From positions 9,819 through 73,818 of the IMG/VR virus record IMGVR_UViG_3300010376_000002: DNA of 64,000 nt, one strand, 5' to 3'. The DNA is from a virus (lineage: Duplodnaviria > Caudoviricetes). The translations under genes and the position numbers were made by a program. Shown here piece after piece: positions 29,990 through 38,728 of the stretch (positions within the stretch are counted from its first letter, which is position 1; each line of letters begins with the position of its first letter). Under the pieces are notes generated by a model. It was not told where the DNA came from. It saw only the letters and a program-made list of their open reading frames with translations, and made no database searches.

Positions 29990-31555
29990 ATGGACTTAAG
30001 ACCTTACCAGCAACTCGCTGTTAGAGAGTCCTTAGCAGCTTGGGAAAACTGGGATAGGATTCTCGGCGTTGCCGCTACCGGCGCAGGGAAAACAGTCATT
30101 GCCTCGCACCTTTTCCGTCAACGATTGTCTTTAGGTCCATGCCTTTTCATCGCTCATCGCAAAGAGTTGCTCTCTCAAGCAAGGGACAAAATTTATCGGG
30201 TTAATAGCGAGACGAACTGGAGATTCCAGATCGGACTTGAGCAGGCCGAAATTCGAGCGTCGACTCAAGACGACGTTGTTGTCGCGTCGGTTCAGTCTTT
30301 GCATCTGAACCGGCTCCAACGCTGGGACCGCAACCACTTCCGCACCTGCGTTATCGACGAATGCCATCGTTCGACCTCGAAATCCTATCAGCAGATTCTC
30401 AATCACTTTGTCGATTGCAAGACCCTGGGAATCACCGCAACACCGGACCGGAGCGATCAGCGATCGCTGGGAGAGGTCTTTGAACATATCGCGTTTGAGA
30501 TTGGGTTGATTGGATTGATCGACGACCATTGGCTTAGCCCAATTCGTGTCGAACAAATCCCTCTCCAGATTGACGTATCCGAGGTCGGCTTAGACAACCA
30601 AGGTGATTTAGACGCTAGCGAACTTGAGCACGTATTAGAGCCATATCTGGGCGCTTTGGCGGCTGAAATCGCCGCCCGGCCGGAGCGCAAAACGCTCGTT
30701 TTCCTTCCGCTCGTGAAACTGAGCCAGGAGTTCGCCGAAATCGCTCGTGACTTAGGAGTGGCGGCCGAGCATATCGACGGTTCGTTCAAGGACGACGAAC
30801 GCAAAGCCGTACTCCAACGCTTTCACGATGGCGACACCCGAGTCTTAAGCTGCGCCATGTTGCTTGCCGAAGGTTATGACGAACCCTCGGTGGACGCTAT
30901 TTGCGTCTTTCGTCCGACGCAAAGCCGGAGCCTCTATGCGCAGTGTGTCGGTCGCGGCACACGCATCTGCGACGGAAAAGAGAACTTGCTAATTCTGGAT
31001 CCTTTGTGGCTTTCCAGTGAACACTCGTTGATTAAGCCGGCTAGCCTCATCGCGAAGAGTGAGGCTGAATCAGAGGCAATTACGGAATTGCTCGCTGGGG
31101 AACCGGATTTACTCTCGGCTCAACGTAAAAACGATCGGATCAATCTCGAACTGGTTCGGCAACGGGCTGCGGCACTCGCGGAACGCGCGGCCGCGATGGC
31201 AAAACGTCAACGCCAGGTATTTGATCCGCTCGAATTCGCCAGCGTTTTAAGCGATCCAGAATTAGCAGATTTCGAAGGGACCATGCACTGGCACTTTGAG
31301 GACGTGTCGGATAAACAGGCGACACTCCTTCAGACCTACGGCGTGAACGTGGATGCGGTTCAGAATAAAGGGCACGCGTCCAAAATTCTGGGCAAATTGA
31401 TTGGGCGCCAGCGGCAAGACCTCGCGACTTTCAAACAACTGCGCTGGCTTGTGAAATATAATTATCCCGAGGCAGAGAAAGCCACTTTCAAGGAGGCGAA
31501 AGCCTTTTTGGATCGTCGGTGGGGCAACCGGGATCGACAGTTAAATTTAGTATGA
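29990..31555 (+). CDS. Superfamily 2 (DExH) helicase
   Basis: ATGAGKT, DECH, TATP, EGYDEP, QCVGRGTR. Confidence 0.92.
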   Translation: MDLRPYQQLAVRESLAAWENWDRILGVAATGAGKTVIASHLFRQRLSLGPCLFIAHRKELLSQARDKIYRVNSETNWRFQIGLEQAEIRASTQDDVVVASVQSLHLNRLQRWDRNHFRTCVIDECHRSTSKSYQQILNHFVDCKTLGITATPDRSDQRSLGEVFEHIAFEIGLIGLIDDHWLSPIRVEQIPLQIDVSEVGLDNQGDLDASELEHVLEPYLGALAAEIAARPERKTLVFLPLVKLSQEFAEIARDLGVAAEHIDGSFKDDERKAVLQRFHDGDTRVLSCAMLLAEGYDEPSVDAICVFRPTQSRSLYAQCVGRGTRICDGKENLLILDPLWLSSEHSLIKPASLIAKSEAESEAITELLAGEPDLLSAQRKNDRINLELVRQRAAALAERAAAMAKRQRQVFDPLEFASVLSDPELADFEGTMHWHFEDVSDKQATLLQTYGVNVDAVQNKGHASKILGKLIGRQRQDLATFKQLRWLVKYNYPEAEKATFKEAKAFLDRRWGNRDRQLNLV

Positions 31556-31664
31556 AGGCTGGGCGGGATAAGGTCGGCAGAGGCAAGCTCAGCTATGGCA
31601 TGGCTTGGTATGAAAAAGATGTCGCGGCGAGGGACCGCACAGAGCCGGTAGTCAGACGACGGTC

Positions 31665-31680
31665 TGGCATAAGCATTGCC
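31665..31680 (+). promoter_or_regulatory. Sigma54-like -24/-12 element TGGCAT-AAGCA-TTGCC
   Basis: GG-N10-GC spacing, close to TGGCAC-N5-TTGC; about 230 bp upstream of the 31911 gene run. Confidence 0.3.
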
Positions 31681-31797
31681 GCTCGGAGCCTGCGCTAACG
31701 TGGCGCAGGCATCCCTCCGATTTTATGAAGTTTTGGTTCCGAGAGAGCACCAAAGGCCGGTTTGCCTCGTTCCATTGCTGCTTACCGGATTAACGAA

Positions 31798-31838
31798 GCC
31801 GCTGGCAGGATCATGTGCAGTGATCGTCTGCCAGCGGC
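31798..31838. other. Intergenic hairpin
   Basis: GCCGCTGGCAG/CTGCCAGCGGC 11-bp perfect stem plus inner GATCA/TGATC. Confidence 0.6.
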
Positions 31839-31910
31839 ATCTCTCATGAAGGGCTTCTGTCCAAATTCTGAACTAGCAAAGAACTCGCTTGAGCGCTAGC
31901 CTCAAAGCTC

Positions 31911-32195
31911 ATGGGACGAGCAAAAATCGGCACCGGAACGCTGACTCCTTTCAAGAAGGGCGGCACCGGGAGCGAATCAATCGGCGGCTCAACCAGTAGG
32001 GAAGAGAGTGGACAACGCAAAGGTTTCACTAAGAAGATCTATTGCGATAAAGCCTCTCAATCGGTTACGAAACTTGTGCCGTTCTCTGACTCCGGCAGCG
32101 GAGGTCGCAATACGGGCGAAGGCGGAGTTCCGAACTTCCGCGTTCGCGATAACGGGATCAAGAACCCTGGTGGATACAGAGCATTTCGTAAGTGA
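31911..32195 (+). CDS. Small Gly/Lys-rich basic protein
   Basis: Its stop overlaps the HNH start. Confidence 0.55.
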   Translation: MGRAKIGTGTLTPFKKGGTGSESIGGSTSREESGQRKGFTKKIYCDKASQSVTKLVPFSDSGSGGRNTGEGGVPNFRVRDNGIKNPGGYRAFRK

Positions 32196-32716
32196 GCGAA
32201 GAAGAAGAGGTTTGGAGAGCAATACCAGGGCTTGAGAATTATCAAGTCTCCAGCTTTGGTCGTATCTATTCGATGCCCAGAATCACGCTGCTAGGGCGAC
32301 CGTTCAAAGGCAGATTATTGGGCCAATACGTGAATAACAAAGGTTACAAAACGGTCAGCATCCAAGGTAAGACTTATGCCGTCCACCGATTGGTGGCGCT
32401 AGCCTTCCTAGGACCACCACCAGAAGAAATGGTGGTGGATCATGGCGATACCGATAAGACAAACAATCATTTCTCTAACCTCGAATACGTCACTGCGAAA
32501 GAAAATGTCGACAGAGCGGTAAAAGCCGGAAGATATGCTGCAAACGGCTGTCCAGCTGGAGAGCGGCATCCAAATGCGTGTCTAACTGATGCCCAAGTCC
32601 GAGATCTCCTTCATCTTGGCATGGAGGGGATGAAACCAAAAGACATCGCCACACATTTCGGAATATCCAGAAGTCATGTTTACACGCTACTGTCTGGAAA
32701 AAAGAGAAAGGTATAA
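32192..32716 (+). CDS. NUMOD4-HNH homing endonuclease with C-terminal HTH
   Basis: WRAIPGLENYQVSSFGRI (NUMOD4); VHRLVALAF...VDHGD..K.NN..SNLEYVT..EN (HNH). Confidence 0.92.
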   Translation: MSEEEEVWRAIPGLENYQVSSFGRIYSMPRITLLGRPFKGRLLGQYVNNKGYKTVSIQGKTYAVHRLVALAFLGPPPEEMVVDHGDTDKTNNHFSNLEYVTAKENVDRAVKAGRYAANGCPAGERHPNACLTDAQVRDLLHLGMEGMKPKDIATHFGISRSHVYTLLSGKKRKV

Positions 32717-32721
32717 ACCCT

Positions 32722-33145
32722 ATGGCTAGTGGAGATTGGGGCGGTGGTGGAGCAAGTCAGATTCCGCGCATGGTCAGCCGAAACATCAATGTGACCAAGA
32801 AAGCCACGGTGAGCCGGCCGGCGCGCCAGGAACCTCAAGGCGATTCGCCTCCCCTGAAATATTATCCGAGTTCCATCTATTATAAGGAACCCGTGGATCG
32901 GGACTTCGCGAAAAACCGGGCAGCGGCAAACGGGCGCACGAAGCACGGGAGATAGTATGGCTGAGAAAAAGAAATGGATGGCGGAGGCTTTTAAGAATGC
33001 GCACGGGCAGCTCCGTCGCAAAACCGGCGCCAAACCTGGCAAACCAATTGCCGCTTCCAAGCTCGAAAAAGCGACCCATTCCGAAAGCACAAAGACTAAG
33101 AGACAAGCCGTTTTAGCCCAGACTGCACGTCGAGCTAATCGATGA
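32722..33145 (+). CDS. Two small basic proteins (32722-32955, 32957-33145)
   Basis: Lys/Arg-rich; the second resembles common small phage virion proteins (KWMAEAFKNAHGQLRRKTG..PGKPI...LEKA). Confidence 0.6.
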
Positions 33146-33783
33146 TGAGAGTTATCTCAGGAATGACCCCCCCAGGTGGTTGGCATTTCCGGCAGAAGTT
33201 GGTGTCTCAGCCGGCGCGGCCGCGGGCGCAAGTCATCGGAGCGATGAGTTATGAGCAATTGGTCGAGAATGTATTTCAGTTCCGGCTCAATAACCTCGAG
33301 ATGGTTCCTAGCGGCACAGCAACTCGTGAACAAGCAGAGCAAGACATCGCTTTCTATATCTGCGGACACTGGAGACACAACTGCACCGGCTCCGCAGCTG
33401 AACTTGCAAACGCTGGCAAGACGCCTCCGCCAGTTAAACATTACCCTCGACCGATTAACCGAATTGAGGACTGGCTTACCGTCTTAACTGAAAGGCCGCT
33501 AAAATGGGTGGACCAAGCTCGAGCAAGCGAACGAGCGCAGGTCTGTCTCAAGTGCCCGATGAACCAACCCTGGAGCGTCGGAAGTTGCAAACCTTGCAAC
33601 GCCAATGTGGACCGCAGGGAGAAGCTGATCCGCGGCAGCCGATCAACCGGATTGGAACCCAAGCTCAAAGGATGTGTCTCCTTCGGCACTTTGCTCGTGC
33701 TCAGCATCTGGCTCGAAGACGACTTTACCGGCCCGAGACGGCAGCCGCCGGCGGAATGCTGGAAACTGACTGAAAAACGATGA
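33142..33783 (+). CDS. Cys-rich hypothetical protein
   Basis: CLKCP..CKPC..GC; ATGA coupling. Confidence 0.65.
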   Translation: MMRVISGMTPPGGWHFRQKLVSQPARPRAQVIGAMSYEQLVENVFQFRLNNLEMVPSGTATREQAEQDIAFYICGHWRHNCTGSAAELANAGKTPPPVKHYPRPINRIEDWLTVLTERPLKWVDQARASERAQVCLKCPMNQPWSVGSCKPCNANVDRREKLIRGSRSTGLEPKLKGCVSFGTLLVLSIWLEDDFTGPRRQPPAECWKLTEKR

Positions 33784-33935
33784 TCACTTTGGAAGATCTT
33801 AAGCAACGCACTGACTGGGAAATTCGAGCGATGACCCTTATCCAGCTAACCCGAATCGCCACTGCTCTGGAAGATATCGAGGTAGCGCTAGGAGCAATTT
33901 CGGATCGTATTCGTGAAAACGACTGAAGCTGCCGT

Positions 33936-34322
33936 ATGAGCGAAAAGATCCCGCCGGAGCCTAAAAACACCATCTGCATAGACTTCGATGGAGTGTTAGC
34001 GGAGTACGACGGATGGAAAGGCGAAGAGCACTTCGGTTTTCCGATAGCTGGCGCCATCGACTTCGTTCGCGACCTGGTGAACGCCGGTTACCAAGTATGT
34101 ATCTGGACAACGCGCGCGAGTCGCGAAGGCGGCAGACGAGCATTGCAAGGTTGGTTTACCAAGCACGGGATGGATGAGACAAGGATTTCGCGACTCTGGT
34201 TTAGTGATGTGAAATTTCCCGCGATCCTCTACATCGATGACCGAGCCTATCGTTTCGATGGCATCTTTCCGACTCTGAAAGAGATCGACAATTTACGACC
34301 TTGGTGGGATAAAAAAGCGTAA
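33936..34322 (+). CDS. HAD-superfamily phosphatase
   Basis: ICIDFDGVL (DxDGV), IWTTR, LYIDDRA. Confidence 0.85.
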   Translation: MSEKIPPEPKNTICIDFDGVLAEYDGWKGEEHFGFPIAGAIDFVRDLVNAGYQVCIWTTRASREGGRRALQGWFTKHGMDETRISRLWFSDVKFPAILYIDDRAYRFDGIFPTLKEIDNLRPWWDKKA

Positions 34323-34344
34323 GGTTACACATCTAGGACATCGC

Positions 34345-34376
34345 AGAAGGACGTGCCGTCAGCAGCACGTCCTTCT
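34345..34376 (+). terminator. Putative intrinsic terminator or hairpin after the HAD gene
   Basis: AGAAGGACGTGC/GCACGTCCTTCT 12-bp perfect stem followed by TGCTTT. Confidence 0.5.
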
Positions 34377-34533
34377 TGCTTTCGGCCGCCATACTACTAA
34401 ATACATATAAAGCGCGCGGTAGTAGGAACGTATCTGCCGGTCACTTCGGATCATCGGCGTTGAGCTTGAAATTCTGGATAGCTGGCGTGAACGGGTTCCT
34501 CGGATGGGCAACCATTCGCCGCGCACCTTTTTT

Positions 34534-34658
34534 GGGTCTGATTGGTAGAGTGAGGGTTGCGCCAGGAAAGCGCGATGACTTAAGCATCAGCGTCCTAGCA
34601 GACTGTAAGGTCGTCAGAAACAGCGTAGCCACTGAGGGTTCGATTCCCTCCAGATCCA
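34534..34658 (+). ncRNA. tmRNA/tRNA-Ala-like structured RNA without an anticodon arm or normal mRNA domain
   Basis: Acceptor GGGTCTG/CAGATCC + A with G3.U70; T-arm GAGGG-TTCGATT-CCCTC; helix GGTTGCGC/GCGTAGCC; 3-nt linker; stemless D-loop containing TGG. Confidence 0.65.
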
Positions 34659-34724
34659 CTCTTTGTTTGATTTCAGCTCCGACCGCGCGCAAGATCGTTT
34701 CTTGGAACGAGGCTTCGCTGCGCT

Positions 34725-37163
34725 ATGCCTGACACCTATTCCCCCGCTACGTCGTACGGACCAGGTGGTATCGGTCAATTTAACCCACCCGAACTCAACG
34801 CAGCGGGACGTCCGACTAGCAAGCCGATCTCAAGTGCTCAACAGGCTTATTCGCTCTATCTGCGGTTCAAAAAACAAAACCGCGCGCGCGCAAACCGGAA
34901 CAAAATTATTGCCGATGTGTATAACGGCAAAAGTCCTTACGACCAAAAGGAACTCGACGACCAGAACCAGGGCTGGCGCAGCAATATGTCGACCCAGTTC
35001 CTTTCTTCGATCGTTGACCGCGTCACGCCTCGTTTCACCGGCGCCATTCACGATATCAAATATCTGACCGCGGCCGAACTGCCAGACAGCTACGACGACT
35101 ATCAGAACAAGTCCGAGCTGTACCAAATGAAGACGACCGAATTGATTAGGAAGTGGTCTGGCTGGACCGACTTCGTTCAACGCGTCGTCACCGAGGATGT
35201 GCTCCAGGGCTACACCATGGCTGCGAATATCGATGAGCATAATTGGCGGCCGCGGACCTATCGCCAGGAGGATGTGTACTTTGATGAACAGACTAGCCAA
35301 GACGTTCATAGGCTCGATTGCTTCTGTATTGAGCAAGATTTTTTCATTCACGAACTCATCTCCCTGCTCGAAGAGCCGGAGACGACTGAGCGCGCCGGGT
35401 TCAACGTCGAAAACTTAAAATACGCGATCGAACACGCGATGCCGCCACGCGATGATTTGCCGTCTGATCCGCGGCAACTCTCTGATATGGCACGGGAAGC
35501 CTCGCTTTATTTCTCCTGGCATAAAGCCTCAAAAATGATCCAAACGGTTCACGTTTTTGTTCGGAATTATGTTGGTGGAATAGATCACTGGTGGGTTAAC
35601 CGCGGCACCGGTCCGCAAGGGTCGACCGGTGTCGGACCGATGACTAACGATAACGTTGGCGGAGGTGAAGAATTATTCTTTGGCGACTCCGTTGCCGAGC
35701 TAATGGAAGACATAATTACCTTGTTTACCTTCCAATCTGGCAACGACCGGCTTTTTGGTAGTAAAGGGTTAGGGAGATTGTTAGTTAACATCGCAATTTC
35801 GATCGAACGTGAACGTAATTTATATTTCGACCAACAGTATATAGCCGGCTTACTCATCGGCACGGCCGAAGAAAAAGACATTCCATTTTTAGCGCCGAAG
35901 GTGCTCTCACCTTTCTTGATCCTACCTAAAGGGTTCGAACTGATGGCGCAACAATTGCAGTTTAATCCCGAGGCGTTTGCAGGTCTTGATAACAAACTCA
36001 CCGCCATCTCAGAAATCATCGCCGGCACTTTCATACCCGAGCAAATTCAAGCCAGCGGACAAGTCGGACAAAGCGACAAGACAGCCACTGAAGCAACTAT
36101 TGACGCAACTCGTGAACAGGAGATTCGTCAGGGTATTTTAAATAGGTGGTGGAATCAGTTTACGCACTTGGTTAGTCAGATGCAGCGGAGGATTTACACT
36201 CCGCTTAACATACGGGCTGCGCTTGCTTTCGCCGAGGCACGCGACGAAGCGATAACGGCCGGACTGAAGCTCGTCGACCAAGAGATGATGGAACGTCTTT
36301 TGAAAATCGATCCGGCCGCGGGCGAGAATTATACCACTGCTCCTCCCTACGGGCGTGCTGACGGCGAAGCTGTTCAAACCATAGTGCAGTTGCTAGACGC
36401 TGGGTTAGCTCCCGATGAAATCCTCTTATTAGCTTATACGCCGGCCCAGGAATACAATACGAATGTCGGTGCAATCGAGGATAACAAGCTCCTGCAATTC
36501 GCGATGCAGGCACTCGCAAATCCCTACTGGGACCAAGGAAAATTAAATTTCGAAGCGGGCGCGGCAATGATCGGATATCGACGGGCGAAAGACTTGTTCG
36601 TGGGTGATCCATCGATGTCGACTAACCTGGAACAACAGCGAGCGCAATACTCCGAATTCACCGACATGACCCAAGGTCAAGCGATGCCCGTCTCCGACCG
36701 CGACGATCACGTGCAGCATATGACTGCATTAAATCAAAAAATGATGGCATCGCTCAACACGATGAGGGAGATCCCGCCTGAGGTGATTCCAGAACAAGAC
36801 CTCAACACGATGAAGTTGGCGCTACTTCACGGTGAGGCGCACGTGCAGGCCGAGAACAAAAAGAACTCTTCTATCAAATCCGGCGGCAAGGGTAAACGGA
36901 CCAAAGAGATACAACCACTCGCCGCTCAGCTCGGTGAAGCTAACAAAGTCTTTGAAGCGATTTTAAATAACCGCGCGAAAGCTCAAGCCGCCCAAGCAAT
37001 GGCTAATCCGATGGATCGGTCAATGCAACCTCCGGCGCATACTTGGCCATCAGGACAGCCGGCTCCGCTACCTCCTGGCACCAGGCATGGCATCGGAGGA
37101 ATGCCCACCTCGCTTCCGCCGGCGACACCCAACCCCGCTACTGGAACCACTGTACCCGCTTGA
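34725..37163 (+). CDS. Probable portal protein
   Basis: 812 aa, mostly helical, low-complexity Pro/Gln/Ala tail, followed by a small gene and a scaffold-like gene. Confidence 0.65.
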   Translation: MPDTYSPATSYGPGGIGQFNPPELNAAGRPTSKPISSAQQAYSLYLRFKKQNRARANRNKIIADVYNGKSPYDQKELDDQNQGWRSNMSTQFLSSIVDRVTPRFTGAIHDIKYLTAAELPDSYDDYQNKSELYQMKTTELIRKWSGWTDFVQRVVTEDVLQGYTMAANIDEHNWRPRTYRQEDVYFDEQTSQDVHRLDCFCIEQDFFIHELISLLEEPETTERAGFNVENLKYAIEHAMPPRDDLPSDPRQLSDMAREASLYFSWHKASKMIQTVHVFVRNYVGGIDHWWVNRGTGPQGSTGVGPMTNDNVGGGEELFFGDSVAELMEDIITLFTFQSGNDRLFGSKGLGRLLVNIAISIERERNLYFDQQYIAGLLIGTAEEKDIPFLAPKVLSPFLILPKGFELMAQQLQFNPEAFAGLDNKLTAISEIIAGTFIPEQIQASGQVGQSDKTATEATIDATREQEIRQGILNRWWNQFTHLVSQMQRRIYTPLNIRAALAFAEARDEAITAGLKLVDQEMMERLLKIDPAAGENYTTAPPYGRADGEAVQTIVQLLDAGLAPDEILLLAYTPAQEYNTNVGAIEDNKLLQFAMQALANPYWDQGKLNFEAGAAMIGYRRAKDLFVGDPSMSTNLEQQRAQYSEFTDMTQGQAMPVSDRDDHVQHMTALNQKMMASLNTMREIPPEVIPEQDLNTMKLALLHGEAHVQAENKKNSSIKSGGKGKRTKEIQPLAAQLGEANKVFEAILNNRAKAQAAQAMANPMDRSMQPPAHTWPSGQPAPLPPGTRHGIGGMPTSLPPATPNPATGTTVPA

Positions 37164-37414
37164 AAACCCATTGGACGAATGACGATCGAGCCGCTTTCCG
37201 CGAATGGCTCCAAGAAAACCTAGGCCAAAAGTTCTTACGCTATCTCCAAGAACAACTTCCCGAAACACCGGAAGGTTTCGATCAAATGCAAATGGCTAGC
37301 TACGGCTTTGAGGTCCGCGGCTACCAAAAACTTCTGACTAAGATCGAGGAGATGAGTCGGTTGCCGTCGCCCGTCGTGGCACCCGCCCAGTTCGTCGACA
37401 CCCTGAGGGACTAG
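37160..37414 (+). CDS. Small protein between portal and scaffold
   Basis: TTGA overlap with the portal stop; typical podovirus position. Confidence 0.6.
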   Translation: MKTHWTNDDRAAFREWLQENLGQKFLRYLQEQLPETPEGFDQMQMASYGFEVRGYQKLLTKIEEMSRLPSPVVAPAQFVDTLRD

Positions 37415-37417
37415 CCT

Positions 37418-38728
37418 ATGTCAAGCAGTCTCGGCTCTACGATTCCCGTTACGCGGGATCCAAACTACCAAGTCACCACCAGGGAACAGGCACTCGACCT
37501 AGAAAAAGCCTTCGAGACAGCCTTTGGCGATAACGCCGAACCGCCGAAGGAGGAACCAAAAGCTCCTCCGGAACCGGAGCCAAAGGAAACGCCGCTGGTT
37601 GAAACGCCCGAGCCGAAGGAACCGGCAGAACCACCTCCGGCCGCACCTAAGCTTAGTCCGGAAACGCCGCCGGCCGAACCGCTGGCGCATCCTGATGACG
37701 AACCGGACGAGGAGCTCGATCAAATCCGAATCGGCGCCGATGCTCGGCCCGAGACGATCGAAGTCGTCCGCACGCTTCGCGGGATGGTAAAGACCGATAA
37801 GAAGCAGATTAAAGAGCTTCAACGGCGCCTGGAAACCCAAGACGGAGAGCTTAGTACTTTGCGCACGTCGGTGCGACCGGTCGCGGATCCGACTGTGCAA
37901 GCGGAGCTCACCGAACTTCGGACTTTTAAGCAGCAGCATCAGATTTTCGATGACACTGGCTATCACGCAGAATTCGAGCAGCCCGTCCGACAAATCTTCG
38001 ATGAGATTATTAAGGACGTAGTCAATCTCTCGGTCGATAAAGATCAGGCGGCCGAATGGGAAAAGCAGATGCGCTCGGCCGGCCCGGATCGCTTAGACAG
38101 AACCTATTGGAACGAAGGAGTCATCAACCAGTGTGGCGATCCGCTGCATCGGGAACGTCTTATCCGCAAAGTCTTGAGCCTGATGGATGCTCAAGAGAAG
38201 CGTAACGAATTCCGGACTAAAGTTGCGGCGCAGCCTGATGGCTATCAGCAATATCGCGACCAGCAAGCTAAAAACTATTGGGGGCAATTTACCACCGAAG
38301 CGACGGACGAAGCTATCAAGCTCGCTCCCACATTGGGTGAATGGGCCTCTCCCAAAGACGTTACTCTTGCCAAGAGTGCCACGGAGCGTGCTGCTTTCGA
38401 AGCGCACAACAAAGAGTACAAAGAGTGGGAAGACCTCTTTCAGAAAGTGCTGACAGAAGTTGCTACGCAGGGTCCGCGCGGAATGACTCGAGTCGCGCTT
38501 TCGGCCGTTGCCGGCGAAAGATTTCGTCGCGAACGCGATGCCGCGAACGCGAAAATTACCAAGCTTCAGGCGGAGCTCAAAACCGCCCAAGACGAACTCA
38601 ATAAAATCGCGGGCGCCCGTTCACGCGTTTCCACGGTTAGTTCCGGCACCTCCACTAGAACCGAGACACCGCGAACTAAGTTAGGGCAAAGCGTGGCAGA
38701 CGCCTTCAAGGAACACTTTGGATCATGA
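37418..38728 (+). CDS. Probable capsid scaffolding protein
   Basis: Acidic Pro/Glu-rich N-terminus and long coiled coils, downstream of the portal. Confidence 0.55.
   Translation: MSSSLGSTIPVTRDPNYQVTTREQALDLEKAFETAFGDNAEPPKEEPKAPPEPEPKETPLVETPEPKEPAEPPPAAPKLSPETPPAEPLAHPDDEPDEELDQIRIGADARPETIEVVRTLRGMVKTDKKQIKELQRRLETQDGELSTLRTSVRPVADPTVQAELTELRTFKQQHQIFDDTGYHAEFEQPVRQIFDEIIKDVVNLSVDKDQAAEWEKQMRSAGPDRLDRTYWNEGVINQCGDPLHRERLIRKVLSLMDAQEKRNEFRTKVAAQPDGYQQYRDQQAKNYWGQFTTEATDEAIKLAPTLGEWASPKDVTLAKSATERAAFEAHNKEYKEWEDLFQKVLTEVATQGPRGMTRVALSAVAGERFRRERDAANAKITKLQAELKTAQDELNKIAGARSRVSTVSSGTSTRTETPRTKLGQSVADAFKEHFGS

Noticed and set aside
34598-34615. GCAGACTGTAA, resembling a tRNA-Tyr anticodon arm
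   Set aside because: The 3' stem strand does not pair (GGTCG instead of TCTGC) and the acceptor stem has Ala identity, so no canonical tRNA can be built.
34441-34692. 83-aa minus-strand ORF (and 34376-34732 on +)
   Set aside because: Its LEGIEPS stretch is simply the antisense translation of the T-arm; it has a TTG start and no protein motif. The region is better explained as non-coding RNA.
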